From assembly GCA_964187785.1 (NCBI GenBank), contig OZ076409.1, positions 26,042,001 to 26,106,000 on the forward strand: a stretch of DNA of 64,000 nucleotides, written 5' to 3'. The stretch comes from Amphiscolops sp. MND2022. Taxonomy: Eukaryota. Below, in pieces: positions 39,338 to 50,500 of this stretch (within the stretch, counting starts at the first letter, position 1; the number at the start of each line of letters is the position of its first letter). Below the pieces are notes generated by a model. The model did not search any database. It saw nothing but the letters and a program-made list of their open reading frames with translations, and was not told the origin of the DNA. Position numbers and translations under genes: made by a program.

Positions 39338-42300
39338 ATGAGAACTTGTGACGTTTGCCAAAAATCGTTTGGAAACAAAAATTTACTTCGTCATCATCGG
39401 CGAAATGTTCACAAAATTCCTGCTTATCTCTTTCCCATGGAATGCAATGTTTGCCACAGGATGGAGCTATCTGTCGCACTAATTGATCAACACTTTCGAG
39501 AAAAACATGGAACACAACTGGACAAAATGTGTGTTTATTGCGGAGTTGGGTTCGATATACCTGAACACTTTTACAAACACTTGGAAGAGAAACACGAACT
39601 TCCACCACCTGCTGAATCAACCAAAGAGAAAACGAACCCAATATCATCAGCTTTTGACGGGGCGCTCAAAGTGTACAAAATTGAGGGATCAGGAGAAAAT
39701 GACTTGATGCAGTTCATGACTGACATCAAACCACAAATTGATCAACTGGTTAGCGAAAATGTAAACCGCACTGCCCGTAAACTGCAGCTAATTTTGAAAG
39801 TTGAGCTTTCACAACCAACAAAAGACGAGGAAACTCAAGTCTTTCTTCGCTCAAACATGGTGCCAGTGTATGGTACTAGTCTACCGCAAGACGATTTCCT
39901 CAGTGCAGTGGACCAGTTACTAAACACTTTGTTTACGTTCACAGCTTCTGGAAGTGGATGGATCTTGGAGAAAATTGTCGATCTGGATGTCAAGTTTGCA
40001 ACATTTAGCCCCATTCGAGGATCTTCCTACTTGCCTACTCCGCCCGAACTGGACGCATCGCACTTGCTACTAAACATACGAAACCGTCAAGATCACAATT
40101 GCTTCTTGTATTGTTTCACAGCCGCGTGGCACCTGAAGCACGGACCATTACTCTATGTCGCTGGTCGAGACTCATTAGCAAAGAGAACTAGCCCAGACAC
40201 TTATTCGCGACGCAACCCATTAGCTCATCAAGCTGAAGGCGAGTTTGAAATGCCAATGGGCTTCGGTCAGATGCTTCGATTCGAAAAATTGAATGATTGC
40301 AAAATCAACGTGTTTAGATACACTGAAAATCAACTGGTTCCCCTGCGAGTAACTCGAGAAAAAGGAGATGGCCTAGAAATTGACCTGTTGCTGGTGGATG
40401 ATGGACAAGAGTATCACTATATTCTGATACTTGACTTTTTGAGACTAGTTTCTATGGTGAAAGGAACCACAACACTGTATCAGAGAGTCCTCTGTAAAAA
40501 TTGTTTCCACATTTGCATGAATGAAAACACATACAGACGGCATCAAATCAGTTGCTTGCAACATGAACCAGCAGTAGTCAAAATGCCAACGCCTGAGAAA
40601 AACAAACTGAAGTTCGCGAATTTGGGTGCCCGGTGGTTCGCACCAGTTGTCATATATTTCGATCTGGAATCAATTATCAAACCAGTTGCAGGATGTCAGA
40701 ATGCAAAACAGCAAACAAGTATCACAGAAATTCATCAACCCAGTGGATTCTGCCTTATTGGAATTGAGCATGGGAATCCTAATCCCGTTTTCATGCAACT
40801 AGAGCGCTCTGAAAACTGCATGGAAAAGTTTGTAGGGGCACTTGAAAAGATTGCACAGGAAATGTATCAAAAGAAGCAAAGCAACCGGTACTTTCGAGAC
40901 TCAGTACCCGAAAGGCCTCAAGAAGCCCAACTTTGTTGGATATGCGAAGGTCAATTCGGAATAGTCAGAGACATCGAGGACGACAAGGTTATTGACCACT
41001 GTCATTACTCAGGAAAGTTTTTGGGATTCGCGCATCCGGAATGCAATCTCAAAAGAAAGACAGTCAATTTCATACCAGTCATGGCCCACAATCTGTCGAA
41101 TTACGACCTTCATCACGTGTGCTTATACATTCACAAGTTCAAACCCGGTTGCAAAGTAGACGTGATACCGAATACTGATGAGAAATACATTACCTTGACG
41201 ATCAGAGTACCTGTGAGGAGCTATCTAGACAAAAACGGACTAACAAAAACAGTGTTTGAGTACTTGCGTTTCATTGACTCGTTCAGGTTTATGGCTTCTT
41301 CACTCGAAAAACTTGCAAGCTATCTGCCAAAAGACAAGTTCAAGATACTGGACAGTTGCTTCGCTGACTATTCGGAATCAGACCGAGACCTTTTGCATCA
41401 AAAAGGGTACTACCCTTATTCGTATTTTGATAGTTTTGACAAGTTTCAAGAAGAAGAGCTCCCGCCAAGATATCAATGGACGGACTCACTGCGCAACAAA
41501 GCGATCATGTTGACTCAAGATGAATGGGAACACACAAAGAAGGTTTATGAACGATTCGCTTGCGCAAATTTGGGTGATTATCACGACCTATATCTTAAAA
41601 CTGACACTCTAATATTAGCATGTGTGGTTGAAGAATTTCGGAGCCTATGCTACACTACCTATGGCCTAGACAGCGCCCATTACTTCACCTGCTCGCATTT
41701 GTCTGGAGACGCCTTCTTGAAAAAATGTCGGGCAGACATTGAGCTTCTAACAGATCGCGAGCACCTAGAGATGGTGGAAAATATGATTAGAGGTGGTGTT
41801 GCATCTGTTTTTGACAAGAGGTTCTTCAAAGCGAACAACAGGTACGTGGCCGAGCATAACTATAATGACTACAACACTTACGGAGTGTTATTAGACGCAA
41901 ACAACTTGTATGGGGGTGTTATGGAAAAGTTACCACTGCCATTGAATAGCTTCGAAACAGTTCAAAACATTGATCTCAACAAAATCTTGGAAACAACTAA
42001 CGACTCTGAAGAAGGATACATTCTAGAAGTAGACTTGCATTACCCCGACAAACTTCATGACGGACATCAAGATTTTCCGCTAGCTCCAACAAAAGAGCGA
42101 ATATACTACAAAAGCCTTGGAGAGAAGCAGCAAGAGCTTCTAGAAATAATGGGTGAAACTAGACCTTATAGTCAGGGGACGAAGTTGATTCAGTCACTGT
42201 CAAACAAAAGCAACTACACTGTCCATTATATAACACTGAAGCTCTACGTTAGCCTTGGCATGGAAGTGAAGAAAGTACATCGAGTGTTGAAGTTCAAACA

Positions 42301-43738
42301 AACAAAATGGTTGAAACCATACATGGAGCTAAATACCGCAAAGAGAAAAGAATCTCGAAACAAGTTCGAAGAGAGTTTCTTCAAATTAATGAATAACTCA
42401 TGCTACGGAAAAACGCTCGAGAGCAAGCGAAACCGCCTCACTGTTCAGTTAATAAGCAACCGAGAAAGTCTTTTGAGGAGAACAGACACCCCGTTCTTTT
42501 GTGAGTTTAAAATCTTCAATGAAAATCTTGCAGCTATTTCGTCAAGGAAAAGATCCATCTTGTGGAACAAACCAACAATAGTCGGAGCATCTGTTTTAGA
42601 CTTGGCCAAATTCCACATGTTCAATTTCCACTATAATGTAATGAAAAAGCACCTGAACTGCTTCGTGTTATATTCTGACACAGATTCTCTGTTGTATGAG
42701 ATTAAATACACAGACTTTTATGAAGAGCTAGCAACCAATGATGAGCTCCGCCAGCACTTTGACCTCTCCAATTACCCTAAAGAACATCACCTCTATAACG
42801 CTGATAATAAAATGGTCACACTCAAGTTCAAGGATGAACTCGGAGGAGAGCCAATCGAAGAATTTGTCGGACTAAAACCCAAAATGTATTCAATCATGGT
42901 TGGAGGAAGGCAGAAGCTGTCGGCAAAGGGAGTTTGCCGATTCGCTCAGAAGGAACTGAATCATGAGCTGTACAAAAAAGTATTGAAAACTGGGGAGTCC
43001 TACAAGACTGTAAACATGCGAATAGGCTCGCAAAAGCACCAATTACAAACAATCAAGACGAACAAGGTGTCTCTCAGCTCCTTTGATGACAAGCGTTATG
43101 TATTAGAAGACGGCATCTCAACTTTACCCCATGGTCACTACATGATCAGAGATGTTCATGTTGAGCAAGACATTGTGGATGAACCAGAATGGGGATATGA
43201 AGAGGAAGAGATACCATCAAGTCCCACATGGGACGAATTGAACGGCAATGATCCGCAAGTCACAATCAGCCAAATATTCCCAGATGAAGCTCCGATGCTG
43301 GCAAATGCCCCTCTGTCATCACCATTGCGAGTTCAAGTCAGTGATGATGGGCCAGTCTCTTTAACTCAACAGTTAATGGAAGCATGGTCGCCTCCCGATC
43401 CAGGCATGCACCAAAGAGAGTACAGTGATTCCGAGCTGGAAGACCAATTCAGTAACATGGACGAATCTGTTGAGGAGCGAAGTCCTCCGAGAAATCCCTT
43501 CATTGACGATGAGGCAGTGGAAGCATCAGATACAGGTGAAACTGCACACGAAGATGACGAAGAGTCAGACCCTAACGACTGCGTAATTGTCGAGACACTG
43601 ACAGAAGACGAGGCAAACGCCATAGAAGACTTGGAATACCTAATTGATTTTGACAATTGGTTCAGCGATGACGAGTTTGTGAACAGGATAAAAAGAGCGA
43701 AAAGGAGACGGATGGAGATTGTGAGCGACAGCGAATAA
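39338..43738 (+). CDS. polB: Protein-primed family B DNA polymerase (Maverick pPolB), 1466 aa, intact
   Basis: Three N-terminal C2H2 fingers; GSGW; OTU-like DHNCFLYC..HY; ExoI FDLES; EndoVII/HNH CWIC..DHCH.SG..G.AH..CN; ExoII HNLSNYD; KGYYPY; ExoIII YLKTD; motif A LDANNLYG; motif B KLMNNSCYGK; motif C YSDTDS; KMY; AKGV; DDKRY; acidic tail. Confidence 0.96.
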   Translation: MRTCDVCQKSFGNKNLLRHHRRNVHKIPAYLFPMECNVCHRMELSVALIDQHFREKHGTQLDKMCVYCGVGFDIPEHFYKHLEEKHELPPPAESTKEKTNPISSAFDGALKVYKIEGSGENDLMQFMTDIKPQIDQLVSENVNRTARKLQLILKVELSQPTKDEETQVFLRSNMVPVYGTSLPQDDFLSAVDQLLNTLFTFTASGSGWILEKIVDLDVKFATFSPIRGSSYLPTPPELDASHLLLNIRNRQDHNCFLYCFTAAWHLKHGPLLYVAGRDSLAKRTSPDTYSRRNPLAHQAEGEFEMPMGFGQMLRFEKLNDCKINVFRYTENQLVPLRVTREKGDGLEIDLLLVDDGQEYHYILILDFLRLVSMVKGTTTLYQRVLCKNCFHICMNENTYRRHQISCLQHEPAVVKMPTPEKNKLKFANLGARWFAPVVIYFDLESIIKPVAGCQNAKQQTSITEIHQPSGFCLIGIEHGNPNPVFMQLERSENCMEKFVGALEKIAQEMYQKKQSNRYFRDSVPERPQEAQLCWICEGQFGIVRDIEDDKVIDHCHYSGKFLGFAHPECNLKRKTVNFIPVMAHNLSNYDLHHVCLYIHKFKPGCKVDVIPNTDEKYITLTIRVPVRSYLDKNGLTKTVFEYLRFIDSFRFMASSLEKLASYLPKDKFKILDSCFADYSESDRDLLHQKGYYPYSYFDSFDKFQEEELPPRYQWTDSLRNKAIMLTQDEWEHTKKVYERFACANLGDYHDLYLKTDTLILACVVEEFRSLCYTTYGLDSAHYFTCSHLSGDAFLKKCRADIELLTDREHLEMVENMIRGGVASVFDKRFFKANNRYVAEHNYNDYNTYGVLLDANNLYGGVMEKLPLPLNSFETVQNIDLNKILETTNDSEEGYILEVDLHYPDKLHDGHQDFPLAPTKERIYYKSLGEKQQELLEIMGETRPYSQGTKLIQSLSNKSNYTVHYITLKLYVSLGMEVKKVHRVLKFKQTKWLKPYMELNTAKRKESRNKFEESFFKLMNNSCYGKTLESKRNRLTVQLISNRESLLRRTDTPFFCEFKIFNENLAAISSRKRSILWNKPTIVGASVLDLAKFHMFNFHYNVMKKHLNCFVLYSDTDSLLYEIKYTDFYEELATNDELRQHFDLSNYPKEHHLYNADNKMVTLKFKDELGGEPIEEFVGLKPKMYSIMVGGRQKLSAKGVCRFAQKELNHELYKKVLKTGESYKTVNMRIGSQKHQLQTIKTNKVSLSSFDDKRYVLEDGISTLPHGHYMIRDVHVEQDIVDEPEWGYEEEEIPSSPTWDELNGNDPQVTISQIFPDEAPMLANAPLSSPLRVQVSDDGPVSLTQQLMEAWSPPDPGMHQREYSDSELEDQFSNMDESVEERSPPRNPFIDDEAVEASDTGETAHEDDEESDPNDCVIVETLTEDEANAIEDLEYLIDFDNWFSDDEFVNRIKRAKRRRMEIVSDSE

Positions 43739-43994
43739 AACTCGAGCAAAAATTCTTTTTGCATTACATAGATGTGTGCTGTTTTCATTGTTTTGCTTTG
43801 TATTGTTCTCAAGTAGTTGTTGAATAGGCTTTCAAGTACTTTTGAGCTGTTAGCTATTTGTAAATTCAGTGTTGTTTTGCTCTCATTTTATTGGCCGACG
43901 CGTTGTCTAATAGCAGAGATTATTCTCCAAAAGATGTAGAATGTAATTTTCCAAATGAAAAACGAATCGATAGATGATTGAAAAAAGCAGATTG

Positions 43995-45001
43995 AAGGCC
44001 TTGAAGGCCTCCCTCGCAGGCATAAACGCGACCACGGCCGTTAAATGGAAATAACTTTGCTATAAAAGCAAAATACTGGGCTTAAACGCTGCCCCCGCAG
44101 GCCTTATCGCGGCCCCATAACCGTAAAATGGAAATTGCTAGGCCTAAAAAGCAAAATACTGGGCTTTAATGCCGCCCCCGCAGGCCTAATCGCGGCCCCA
44201 TAACCGTAGAAAGAAAAATGCTTGGCTTAAAAAGCAAAATATTGGGCTTTAATGCCGCCCCCGCAGGCCTCATTGCGGCCCCATAACCGTAAAATGGAAA
44301 TTGCTAGGCTTAAAAAGCAAAATATTGGGCTTCAATGCCGCCCCCGCAGGCCTAAATGCGGCCCACAGCCGTAGATTGGAAAAAGCTTGGCTATAAAAGC
44401 AAAATATTGGGCATAAAAGCCACCCCCGCAGGCCTTATTGCGGCCCCATAAGCGTAAAATTAAAAATGCTTGGCTCAAAAAGCAAAATACTGGGCTTTAA
44501 TGCCGCCCCGCAGGCCTAAATGCGGCCCCATAACCGTAGAATGAAAATTGCTGCTCTGTAAATGCAAAATATTGGGCTTTAATGCCGCCCCTGCAGGCCT
44601 TATTGCGGCCCCATAGCAGTAAAATGAAAAATACTTGGTAGAAAAAGCAAAATACTGGGCTTTAATTCCACCCCGCAGGCCTAATTGCGGCCCCACAGCC
44701 GTAGAATAGAAAATGATTGGCTATAAAAGCAAAATATTGGGCTTTAATGCCGCCCCCGTAGGCCTGATCGCGGCCCCATAACCGTAAAACGGAAAAGGCT
44801 TGGCTATAAAAGCAAAATATTGGGCTTCAAGGCCGCCCCCGTAGGCCTAATCGCGGCCCCACGGCCGTAGAATGGAAAAGGCTTGGCTATAAAAGCAAAA
44901 TATTGGGCTTCAAGGCCGCCCCCGCAGGCCTAAATGCAGCCCCATAACCGTAGAATAGAAAATGATTGGCTATAAAAGCAAAATATTGGGCTTTAATGCC
45001 G
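43995..45001. repeat. Satellite of ~12 x 83 bp (right arm, inverted)
   Basis: Reverse complement of 35805-36805. Confidence 0.95.
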
Positions 45002-45520
45002 ACAGTTCGATAAGAAAATACAAAACTACTAAGTTACAAAAGGTTGTATAAGAGGAATTTGCAGATAGACCGTATTGGGAAAATACTAATATCATACAAA
45101 ACACCTGTAGAAGTCTAAGCCTAATAACATTATTCAACTTTCAAAAATGAGGGTTGGGGAGTTGTCAACAACGTAAACACCGATTGTTTTGAACGTTGAA
45201 AGCACCGCAAAAAACGTCTCGGGTTTACGCTGCTGATCACTCGTGTGTTGGGACAGTTAAACAAATCTTGACAAATAAGCCTAGTCAAAAGATAAAAACT
45301 CACGATTATTTGTTGAATTGTTTTCCAAGTGCATTCAGAACAGCCAACGCCATTGTTATCGTGTTATTTCCATGAGCTGCAAAGAACAAAAAAAACTCAT
45401 AGTCATTCGAAAAAGAAGAGCAGAAATCAAGCAGTAATCAACCCCATTTGTGAATTTACTGAAATGTTATTAGTAGAAAATTTGATGATTCCTTCCGGTG
45501 AGTGCAGGATTGATGGCCGT

Positions 45521-46057
45521 TTAAAGTAAGAGATGAAAAGCAGAAAACTTACTAGATTCGGGCTTAACAATACAGTCCTTGACTCCGATAAGTCGGAGGA
45601 TAAATTGAACAATTGCGGAACCTTCCAGTCCAGCACCCGTTGCAGCAGGAATTAGAATGACTTCAAGTTTGTCGTACTGCCCATGAACTTGTTGAGATAA
45701 AGTGTGTTTTTCTTCTTTTTCTGGGTCAAAGTTTCCGAGAGCAATTTCAAACATCTCGGATTTGGCTTGATCAGTTGCTTTTTCGATGGCTATTTTCTGT
45801 ACTCGGTTGACCTTTATACCGATGCCTACTTTTCCCTTTCCATCGGTAGCAAGTACAAAAGCTCTGTGGCGTACTCTTTGTTTGCCAGATCTTTGGTATT
45901 CGTCTCTCAACGACGTTGTTTTCAAGATTTCGACCTTCAATTCTTCGGCGACTTCATGCTTCTTGGGTGGTGGAGGCAGTAATGCAGCAGGTTCCCCATA
46001 CTCGTAGAAGCCAACTCTTGACTGATCCAGGTCCCATAAACTTCTCAGATAATCCAT
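45521..46057 (-). CDS. uS5 (RPS2)-like ORF, right arm copy
   Basis: Translation identical to the left-arm copy. Confidence 0.8.
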   Translation of the reverse strand: MDYLRSLWDLDQSRVGFYEYGEPAALLPPPPKKHEVAEELKVEILKTTSLRDEYQRSGKQRVRHRAFVLATDGKGKVGIGIKVNRVQKIAIEKATDQAKSEMFEIALGNFDPEKEEKHTLSQQVHGQYDKLEVILIPAATGAGLEGSAIVQFILRLIGVKDCIVKPESSKFSAFHLLL

Positions 46058-47413
46058 AGGGTTTAATCGGCAAGAGAAAAGGGAGAACAAAAACGCAAGA
46101 ACAGATAGAGAACAAAAACGCGAGACAAAAGGGAGAACAAAAAGATAGCTCAAAAGTTGCAGAGGACCGTCTTGTGCAAAAATTTTCAATTTCGAAGGCC
46201 TAGATGTGATTGTTCTAGCTGACTTTCAGATTTGTTACCGAGACTCGACAAGTAAAACAATAAAATTTGATTCAGTAAGGAAAAATGGAGATGAAGAAAG
46301 TTAAGATTTGCAACAACTGGTGTTTCTGACTTGAGACTAGACTGTCACTGTCGAGGCAAACAAAATCTTGCCAACTTTTGCAGTTAAATCAAATCCAAAC
46401 AAAAATGATGCATGAAAGAAAAGAAACTTGACAAAAGAAATTATCAAATGTTTACTTTTCATTTTGAACTGTTTTGTTAACTATTTTACTGAGCTGTAAA
46501 GAAGTTTTGATTATTCCATCCCAGACAGAATGGAAGATAAAAGCAAATGTGAGCCATACTGCATTGGTAGTTTTACCTAGATATTTGCAAGAACAAAACA
46601 TTTTCACCTTTTTGTTTTGTTTTGCCATCGCAAATGAGGGGGGGGGGTTTAAATTCAGGAAGGGGTCGATTGAACGATTCCCATTCACTTACAATGCGCA
46701 TGTTGTGATTCGCAAGTGAGATAAATTGTCTCAATAAGGGGAGAATACCTTCATGTTTAGAGACCACCCAAAGCTGTAGATCTGGGAAAGTGGCTGGATT
46801 TGGCTAGGGCAATAATTGCACGCATATTAAATATAAGTTTCATGAAGCGCAGTCAGTGAATTAAAAGAGATTATTCCCCAATCTTCATTAAATGTTTTCC
46901 GCTATTACATAATCAACTTTCACAAACAAACAGCAAGTGTAACAATTACGGAATAAATTTATCCTGCCGGCGAATTAGAAAAGCGTGTGTCTAGGCTCCG
47001 AAAACGATCAATTTCTTAACAAAAGGAGCAGATCAGCCGAATTACTTCTTTATGGAGGAGGGCGGATATAACTGGGAGCCCACACTGGGGGTTAAAACAA
47101 GACCGCTGGCCTTTCACGTTTTATTTGCCTACCTTTCCTTGAGTTATTTATCATAGCACTAGCATAAATTTGTTCGCCTGACATCAAAATAGTCAAAAAC
47201 TATTCTGATCTGTGCACGATTAGTGCCCAGATCCAAATTGTAGCCAGATCCAATTTGTATATGATACGATTTTGTTACGACACAAATGATACGAATATAA
47301 GATTACGAAATCTTTGAATATGCAATTAGTTGTTGTGCGAGCTGAATTAACTCACCGCTCAGCTAGCGGGAGAATACATTCTGTAATAAGCGTGTTGATA
47401 TTACAGTATTCCG

Positions 47414-47515
47414 CCTCCCGATGGCCGAGTGGTTAGTGTGCTCGGCCATCATTTCAACCGGCGAGGTTCGAGTCCCGGGAGGGACTCATAGTCTTTGCTA
47501 GAAATGGAAATTTTT
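47414..47515 (+). ncRNA. Putative Pol III tRNA-like hairpin RNA (right arm copy)
   Basis: A box TGGCCGAGTGG (47422-32), B box GGTTCGAGTCC (47465-75), T5 at 47511-15; stems CCTCCCG/CGGGAGG and GATGGCCGAG/CTCGGCCATC. Confidence 0.5.
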
Positions 47516-47572
47516 GTAAAACTAAACCCCCCTATTTCTAACAAGGGTATATAAAATCAAACTACTACCAGG

Positions 47573-50500
47573 TTCATCGCTTATATTCAAACGAAAAATC
47601 TTTTCGAAACACTGGCTGGCACAGCAGTGGAACCCGTTGAACCCGCAGCTTTGGGAGACGCTCCGACGAATGAGCAGAGAGAAGGTCATAGAGTTGCAAC
47701 AGAGGAGTTTGAAAACAATAAGAAGAAATTCCGAAATGACAAAAACACACTGTGGTGCATGCTGGCTCTGACACTTGATTCGACAAGTCTAATGCTGATA
47801 CGACATGATTGTGTTGGAAAAGATGGCCTTGGTGACGGAACCAGAGCATGGAATCTTTTGAAGGAAAGATTCAGAAGTGAAGAATCACCAACAGTTGTGG
47901 CTCTTGTATCTCAAATTGCCAGAATGCGACTGAAACCAGACGAGGCACTGCACGAGTATTTCATCAGAGCACAAGAATTGATGACAAGGCTGAGTGGTGC
48001 AGGTGAACGCATTTCGGAGACGATATTCATGGCGTTGGTTCTCAATGGACTTCCTGAGAGATTCGAGAATTTTATGGTGCAGGAAAGTTTCAACCCATCC
48101 GCCAACTTCACTGAGTTGAGATCGAGATTGACAAACTTCGAGGAAAGCCGCAAGCAACGCAATGGCGAAGAAGAGCAGCAAAATCAGCATGTGGCAATGC
48201 CGTCATGGGGGAAGTTCGAGAAGAGTAGCAGTAAGTCAAAAAGTTTTAATTATAAAAAAAGGAAAAGGCCGAGGAAAGCAAGCGATTGAGTTGTTATTGC
48301 TGTGGTAAAGTCGGTCATATAGCCAAAAATTGTTTTTTGAGAAACAAAGCAGAATGTCGAAAATGTGGTAAAAAAGGACATTTAGACGTTACTTGTAGGA
48401 GTCAAAGTACGGAGAAAACCGCCGTACAAATGCCCAACTCTCAAAGTCTACATTCAGTTCACCTGAGTTCAGGGAGCAAAGTAGTGAGTAAGGACAAAGT
48501 TTTAATTGACTCAGGATGCACAGATCACATTCTGACAGACCGAAAATTTTTCCAAAACCTCAGAGAGATAACGTCTAGCGTAAAAAATCCGGATGGAAGT
48601 TTTTGCAAAATTGAAGGTATTGGAGACGTTGAAGTCGAACTTCGTAATGAAAATGGAAGTACAGACACGTTGATAATGAGGGATGTACTTTTCGTACCAA
48701 GTTATGAAACAAACTTAGTTTCAGTGTCAAAATTAGTCGAAAAAGGACACAGAGTCGAGTTCAGCTCGAACTGTTCGCAATTGAAAACTGAAAAAGGTGC
48801 AAACTACGGAATTGATAGAGAAGGAAGTCTTTATACTATCCAAATGAAACTAGTTGAAAAACCTTTGAGCTTTGCTACGCATGCAAAGAAAATGACTGAT
48901 TTGGAAACATGGCACAAAAGATTATGTCATGCAAATGAGCGAAGTACAAGACTCACGGTACCTAGTTTGAAGAAGTGTGAGTTCTTTTGCGAAACGTGTG
49001 CACTTAGTAAGATTCACGAGAGGCCAGTACCTCGTGAAGCAGGTTCGAAGGCTAGCAAAAAGTTAGAAAGAGTGTATACTGACATAATGGGGCCAATTGA
49101 ACCCGCAAGTATCAATGGTTATCGATATGCTATCACTTTCATTGACGAGTTCACGAAATACGCAGTTGTGAAATTCATGAAATTCAAGTCTGAGGCACTT
49201 GAAAAACTAAAGCAGTATGTAGCGGAAGAAGGCGTACCCGAAAAACTGCGTAGTGATAACGCAAAAGAATATAAAAGTCAAAGTTTTGAAAAATTTTGCG
49301 TTGAGAACAAGATAAAGCGGGAATTTACAGTTCCAGAGACACCGCAACAAAATGGAGTAGCTGAAAGATACAATAGAACGCTAGCAGAGATGACTAGATG
49401 TAACTTGATTGAAGGCAAGCTTTCTAAAATGTACTGGGTTCGGGCGATGGCAACAGCGAATTACACTTTGAATTGCATAACGAACGAGAAAACTAAAAAA
49501 TCTCCATTTGAACTGTTTTTTGGTAAAAAACCTGACTTGACAAAACTTCGGGTATTTGGATGCATAGTGTTCATGCAGAAACGAAAACAGCAACGAAGTA
49601 AACTAGAACCTAGAGGCGTCAAATGTAAGTTTTTAGGCTACGATGATTGTAGTCCATCTTACGTTGTTCAAGAGATTGACTCAGGTCAAATTCATTTTGC
49701 GAGAAATACTATCTTCAATGAGAACGAGATACCGAGCTCAGATTTCAGCGGAGACAGCGTTGTTAGGTCAGATGACGGTTCCATTATCGATATTTTTGAA
49801 AAGATTGCTGAAAAGAAGGCAAATGAAAATTCAACTAATCAAGAGAATGTTGAAACTACAAATTTGCGTACATATGCGCAAGAAGAAGAACAATCCGATG
49901 AAGTCGAAAGTCTCGTTAATGATCAAGCACTATTTGCACATGACGAAGTCAATGTGCATTGCAGTCCAGCTAAGAAAGTTTTTTTTCCACGATAGCCAAC
50001 TTCATAATAAGCGCCTTTTAGAGAAAAGCCAAAACCCCAGAGAGATTCGAACCTGCAGCCTCCCGATTGTGCGGCATAAGTGTTAACCACTGTGCCATAA
50101 GGACGTTATTGAAGGAAGTTGAACTGTTGAATATATACGCATGCGATTAAAATAATATATATACGCATATTAAAATAATCGTTGTCTTCGTCATGTGTTG
50201 CGAAGCACCGCTTCGCCTCTGTGTTGAGGTATGTAATGATGCCACCATGAGTCAAGTAGTTAAAGAAGAGACTGAAGAAAATGACAATAGAGCACAAGGT
50301 ACTTCGTACAGACCTAACCTCAATGACTGTCAAATTGTTCTCGGAGGACAAACTTTTAGATGTTTGCCCCGTGAAAAAATAGTTGATCGCTCAGAAGCGA
50401 GTGAGAAGAAAGAAAAATCACCGTTGAAAAAACTTTTGAGACGAGAATCTCGAAATAGAAGCGTACCAACTAGATATGGTACTACATACACGCATAAAAG

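Larger units (their letters stand above)
33235..47566. mobile_element. Maverick/Polinton-type element, PolB-only derivative with ~4.7-kb terminal inverted repeats
   Basis: Termini AGTAGT..ACTACT; 6-bp TSD ACCAGG (33229-34 and 47567-72); arms 33235-37937 and 42861-47566; protein-primed PolB. Confidence 0.93.

Noticed and set aside
47414..47485. Functional tRNA gene
   Set aside because: A and B boxes are present but the T stem and anticodon arm do not form a cloverleaf; the same applies to 50031-50104.
33235..47566. Giant inverted repeat as a pure assembly artefact
   Set aside because: Both ends carry the same TSD, the Copia gag continues across the site, and the arms differ by several SNPs and indels (e.g. 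near 37046 vs 43750). It still merits read-level confirmation.
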